Source of the DNA: Methanobacteriota archaeon
Lineage (GTDB): Archaea > Thermoplasmatota > Poseidoniia > Poseidoniales > Thalassarchaeaceae
NCBI GenBank assembly: GCA_011523185.1
Contig: WTHI01000122.1
Location: 39,962-99,855, forward strand
Direction of reading: 5' to 3'
DNA length: 59,894 bases
The notes beneath the pieces are model-generated. The model had not been told where the DNA came from. It saw only the letters and a program-made list of their open reading frames with translations, and did not search any database. Positions within the stretch are counted from its first letter, which is position 1, and each line of letters opens with the position of its first letter. The translations under genes were made by a program, and so were the position numbers. Below, in pieces: positions 57,983 through 59,894 of the stretch.

Positions 57983-58453
57983 ATGACGACGTATCACGAT
58001 GTGCCAGCAGACCTTCTGATTGCGGACCTCGCACAGAGATTGTCAGACAATGACTCAATCAATGCCCCTGAGTGGGCTGATTTTGTAAAGACAGGCACTC
58101 ACAGAGAGAAGCCTCCTGAACAAGAAGATTGGTGGTATGTTCGATGTGCGGCTGTACTTCGAAAGGTTGCAATGAAAGGACCAATTGGTACTAATCACAT
58201 GTCACAGTTATTCGGCGGGCCTAAGGACCGTGGTGTCAAGCCTAACCGCGCAGTAGCAGGATCAAGGAAGGTTGCTAGGACTGCTCTACAACAACTAGCA
58301 TCCGCCGGTTTTATCACAGACTCATTCAACACCGCCGGAACAGTTACTCTCGGAAAGATAGTGACTCCAACCGGTCAATCTCTCTTGGACGAAAGTGCAC
58401 ATAGTGTCCGTCCCCAAGCAGAAGAGAGACATCCAGAGCTAGCGAGATATTGA
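57983..58453 (+). CDS. rps19e: 30S ribosomal protein S19e
   Basis: PEWADFVKTG.HRE.PP, WWYVRCAAVLRK; GGTGA SD; TTATATA box near 57939. Confidence 0.97.
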   Translation: MTTYHDVPADLLIADLAQRLSDNDSINAPEWADFVKTGTHREKPPEQEDWWYVRCAAVLRKVAMKGPIGTNHMSQLFGGPKDRGVKPNRAVAGSRKVARTALQQLASAGFITDSFNTAGTVTLGKIVTPTGQSLLDESAHSVRPQAEERHPELARY

Positions 58454-58462
58454 GGTGGGTTT

Positions 58463-58618
58463 ATGGCGCGCAACAAACCATTTGGAAAGAAGCAGCGACT
58501 AAACAAAGTCACCAAGCAGAATCGAAGAGTACCTGTTTGGGTAATGCTTCGCACTGCTAGGAACACTACATCCCATCCTAAGCGTCACCATTGGCGCAGG
58601 TCAAAACTTCAGAGGTGA
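58463..58618 (+). CDS. rpl39e: 50S ribosomal protein L39e (not in the ORF track)
   Basis: Manual translation [59 protein letters not shown]. Confidence 0.96.
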   Translation: MARNKPFGKKQRLNKVTKQNRRVPVWVMLRTARNTTSHPKRHHWRRSKLQR

Positions 58619-58623
58619 TTCTT

Positions 58624-58887
58624 ATGGCGGAAGTAAAGGAAATGGTAATCCCGCTACGCGCTGCCTGGAACGTTCCTCGAACAAAGCGCGCTAACCGTGC
58701 AATGGCTGAAATTCGTAATCATGTCTCACAACACATGAAAATCCAAGAAGATGAAGAAATTTGGATTGATCAGGCTGTCAACGAAGTAATCTGGGCCAGA
58801 GGGATGCAAAAGCCACCACGGAAGATACGAATCGTTTGTACTAGGGAAGAAGGATTCCCTCTTGAAGTAAAATTGGCGGAGGAGTGA
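58624..58887 (+). CDS. rpl31e: 50S ribosomal protein L31e
   Basis: [38 protein letters not shown]. Confidence 0.96.
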   Translation: MAEVKEMVIPLRAAWNVPRTKRANRAMAEIRNHVSQHMKIQEDEEIWIDQAVNEVIWARGMQKPPRKIRIVCTREEGFPLEVKLAEE

Positions 58888-58889
58888 AA

Positions 58890-59084
58890 ATGGGTAATAT
58901 TCGACCTTCATTCATCAAGACTAGGGCCCTACATTTATTGGAAATTTATCCAGACAAGTTTACCGACGACTTCGAAACTAACAAACATCTTGTTGTTGAA
59001 TTCACAGACGTCGGTGACAACAAGCGCATGAGAAATTGGATAGCGGGATATATCACCCGTTACATTCAGCGCCGTACCGATTGA
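58890..59084 (+). CDS. rps17e: 30S ribosomal protein S17e
   Basis: [27 protein letters not shown]. Confidence 0.96.
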   Translation: MGNIRPSFIKTRALHLLEIYPDKFTDDFETNKHLVVEFTDVGDNKRMRNWIAGYITRYIQRRTD

Positions 59085-59089
59085 GTGGT

Positions 59090-59848
59090 ATGGGCGACTA
59101 CGCGGAATTATCATTTCCCGCATTCTCTAACAATGTCTGCATTGTCCTGGTAGCCCCAGAACATGATGGTAACATCGGCGCTGTTGCTAGAAGTATGATG
59201 AACTTTGGAATAACAGATCTAAGAGTGGTTGGGCGAACAACAAATTGGTCTGAAGAGACTAGAAAGAGAGCGAAGAATGCTCAGTACGTCCTAAAAAACG
59301 CTCGAGCCTTTGAGACACTTCAAGATGCCACCTATGATTGTTCATTGGTAGTGGGGACGTCTGGAAAGAGAGAACATGGGGATAAGACGGCAATGAGGCA
59401 TTTCTTGTTGCCTGATGAACTACCAGACCGCTTATCTGGGGTGGATGGTAAATCTGCCCTAGTATTTGGCCCAGAAGGTAAAGGATTGGTAAATGACCAA
59501 CTGCGATTGTGCGATCTCTTGGTAACTATTCCAACATGGGAAGGCTATCCGATTCTGAACCTAAGCCATGCGGTTACCGTACTCTGTTTTTCCTGGTTCA
59601 CTGGAGTATCAGATAATCCAGTACCTGGAACGGATGGTAGAATTCTAGACCCGGAATTAAGGCGAATATTGAGGGAAGAAGTAACTAGGTTGGTGCAATT
59701 AATTCCAACTAAGGACCACAAAAGACAGGGTATGGATGAAACTCTAGTTCGTGTAATTATGAGAGGTTTGCCAAAAGATGATGAAATTCATCGTATACTT
59801 GGTATTCTTTCTGCCGCCGCAGATTCTTTCGAAAATGATGAATCATAG
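59090..59848 (+). CDS. trmJ: SPOUT tRNA 2'-O-methyltransferase (TrmJ/LasT family)
   Basis: GNIGAVARSMMNFG, LVFGPEGKGL, IPT..GYPILNLSHAV. Confidence 0.9.
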   Translation: MGDYAELSFPAFSNNVCIVLVAPEHDGNIGAVARSMMNFGITDLRVVGRTTNWSEETRKRAKNAQYVLKNARAFETLQDATYDCSLVVGTSGKREHGDKTAMRHFLLPDELPDRLSGVDGKSALVFGPEGKGLVNDQLRLCDLLVTIPTWEGYPILNLSHAVTVLCFSWFTGVSDNPVPGTDGRILDPELRRILREEVTRLVQLIPTKDHKRQGMDETLVRVIMRGLPKDDEIHRILGILSAAADSFENDES

Positions 59849-59894
59849 GGTACCCTATGAATCAGGATACCACGAAGCCCAAGACTTGGGTGTC

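Noticed and set aside
1..59894. CRISPR arrays, IS elements, rRNA genes and long tandem repeats
   Set aside because: None recognised by eye. The many short antisense ORFs in the track are shadows of real genes.
59858..59894. Possible start of a further CDS (MNQDTTKPKTWV)
   Set aside because: Only 12 codons fall inside the window, too few to support a call.

Overview
Gene-dense core-genome segment of an archaeon, most likely Marine Group II (Poseidoniales, Thermoplasmatota). The assignment is inferred from gene content. Archaeal information genes are present (S19e, L39e, L31e, S17e, proteasome beta, aCPSF1, tRNA splicing endonuclease, ZPR1, SepF, archaeal SRP RNA, geranylgeranyl reductase). 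They are mixed with bacterial-type metabolic genes (thyA-folA, plsC, three-gene Pnt transhydrogenase, class 2 pyrD, mqnC, fdhD-ydeP) and secreted peptidases. About 60 CDS, one tRNA-Pro(UGG) and one SRP RNA are supported. I saw no CRISPR array, transposase or integrase. The most notable observations are: (1) an isolated tract of alternating purine-pyrimidine, Z-DNA-prone sequence just upstream of the TATA box of the type IA topoisomerase gene, a candidate supercoiling sensor or small structured RNA; (2) an operon pairing an extended SDR (3beta-HSD/HpnA-like) with an SRD5A/DET2-type steroid 5alpha-reductase; (3) a PolB2 + arCOG07300-like + inactive RadA-like module in which two proteins carry PIP boxes; (4) a TatC-like protein fused to a Cys-rich domain resembling the HdrA N-terminus; (5) a ygfZ-like gene broken by a single in-frame TAA. 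All family calls come from motif recognition by eye, not database searches.
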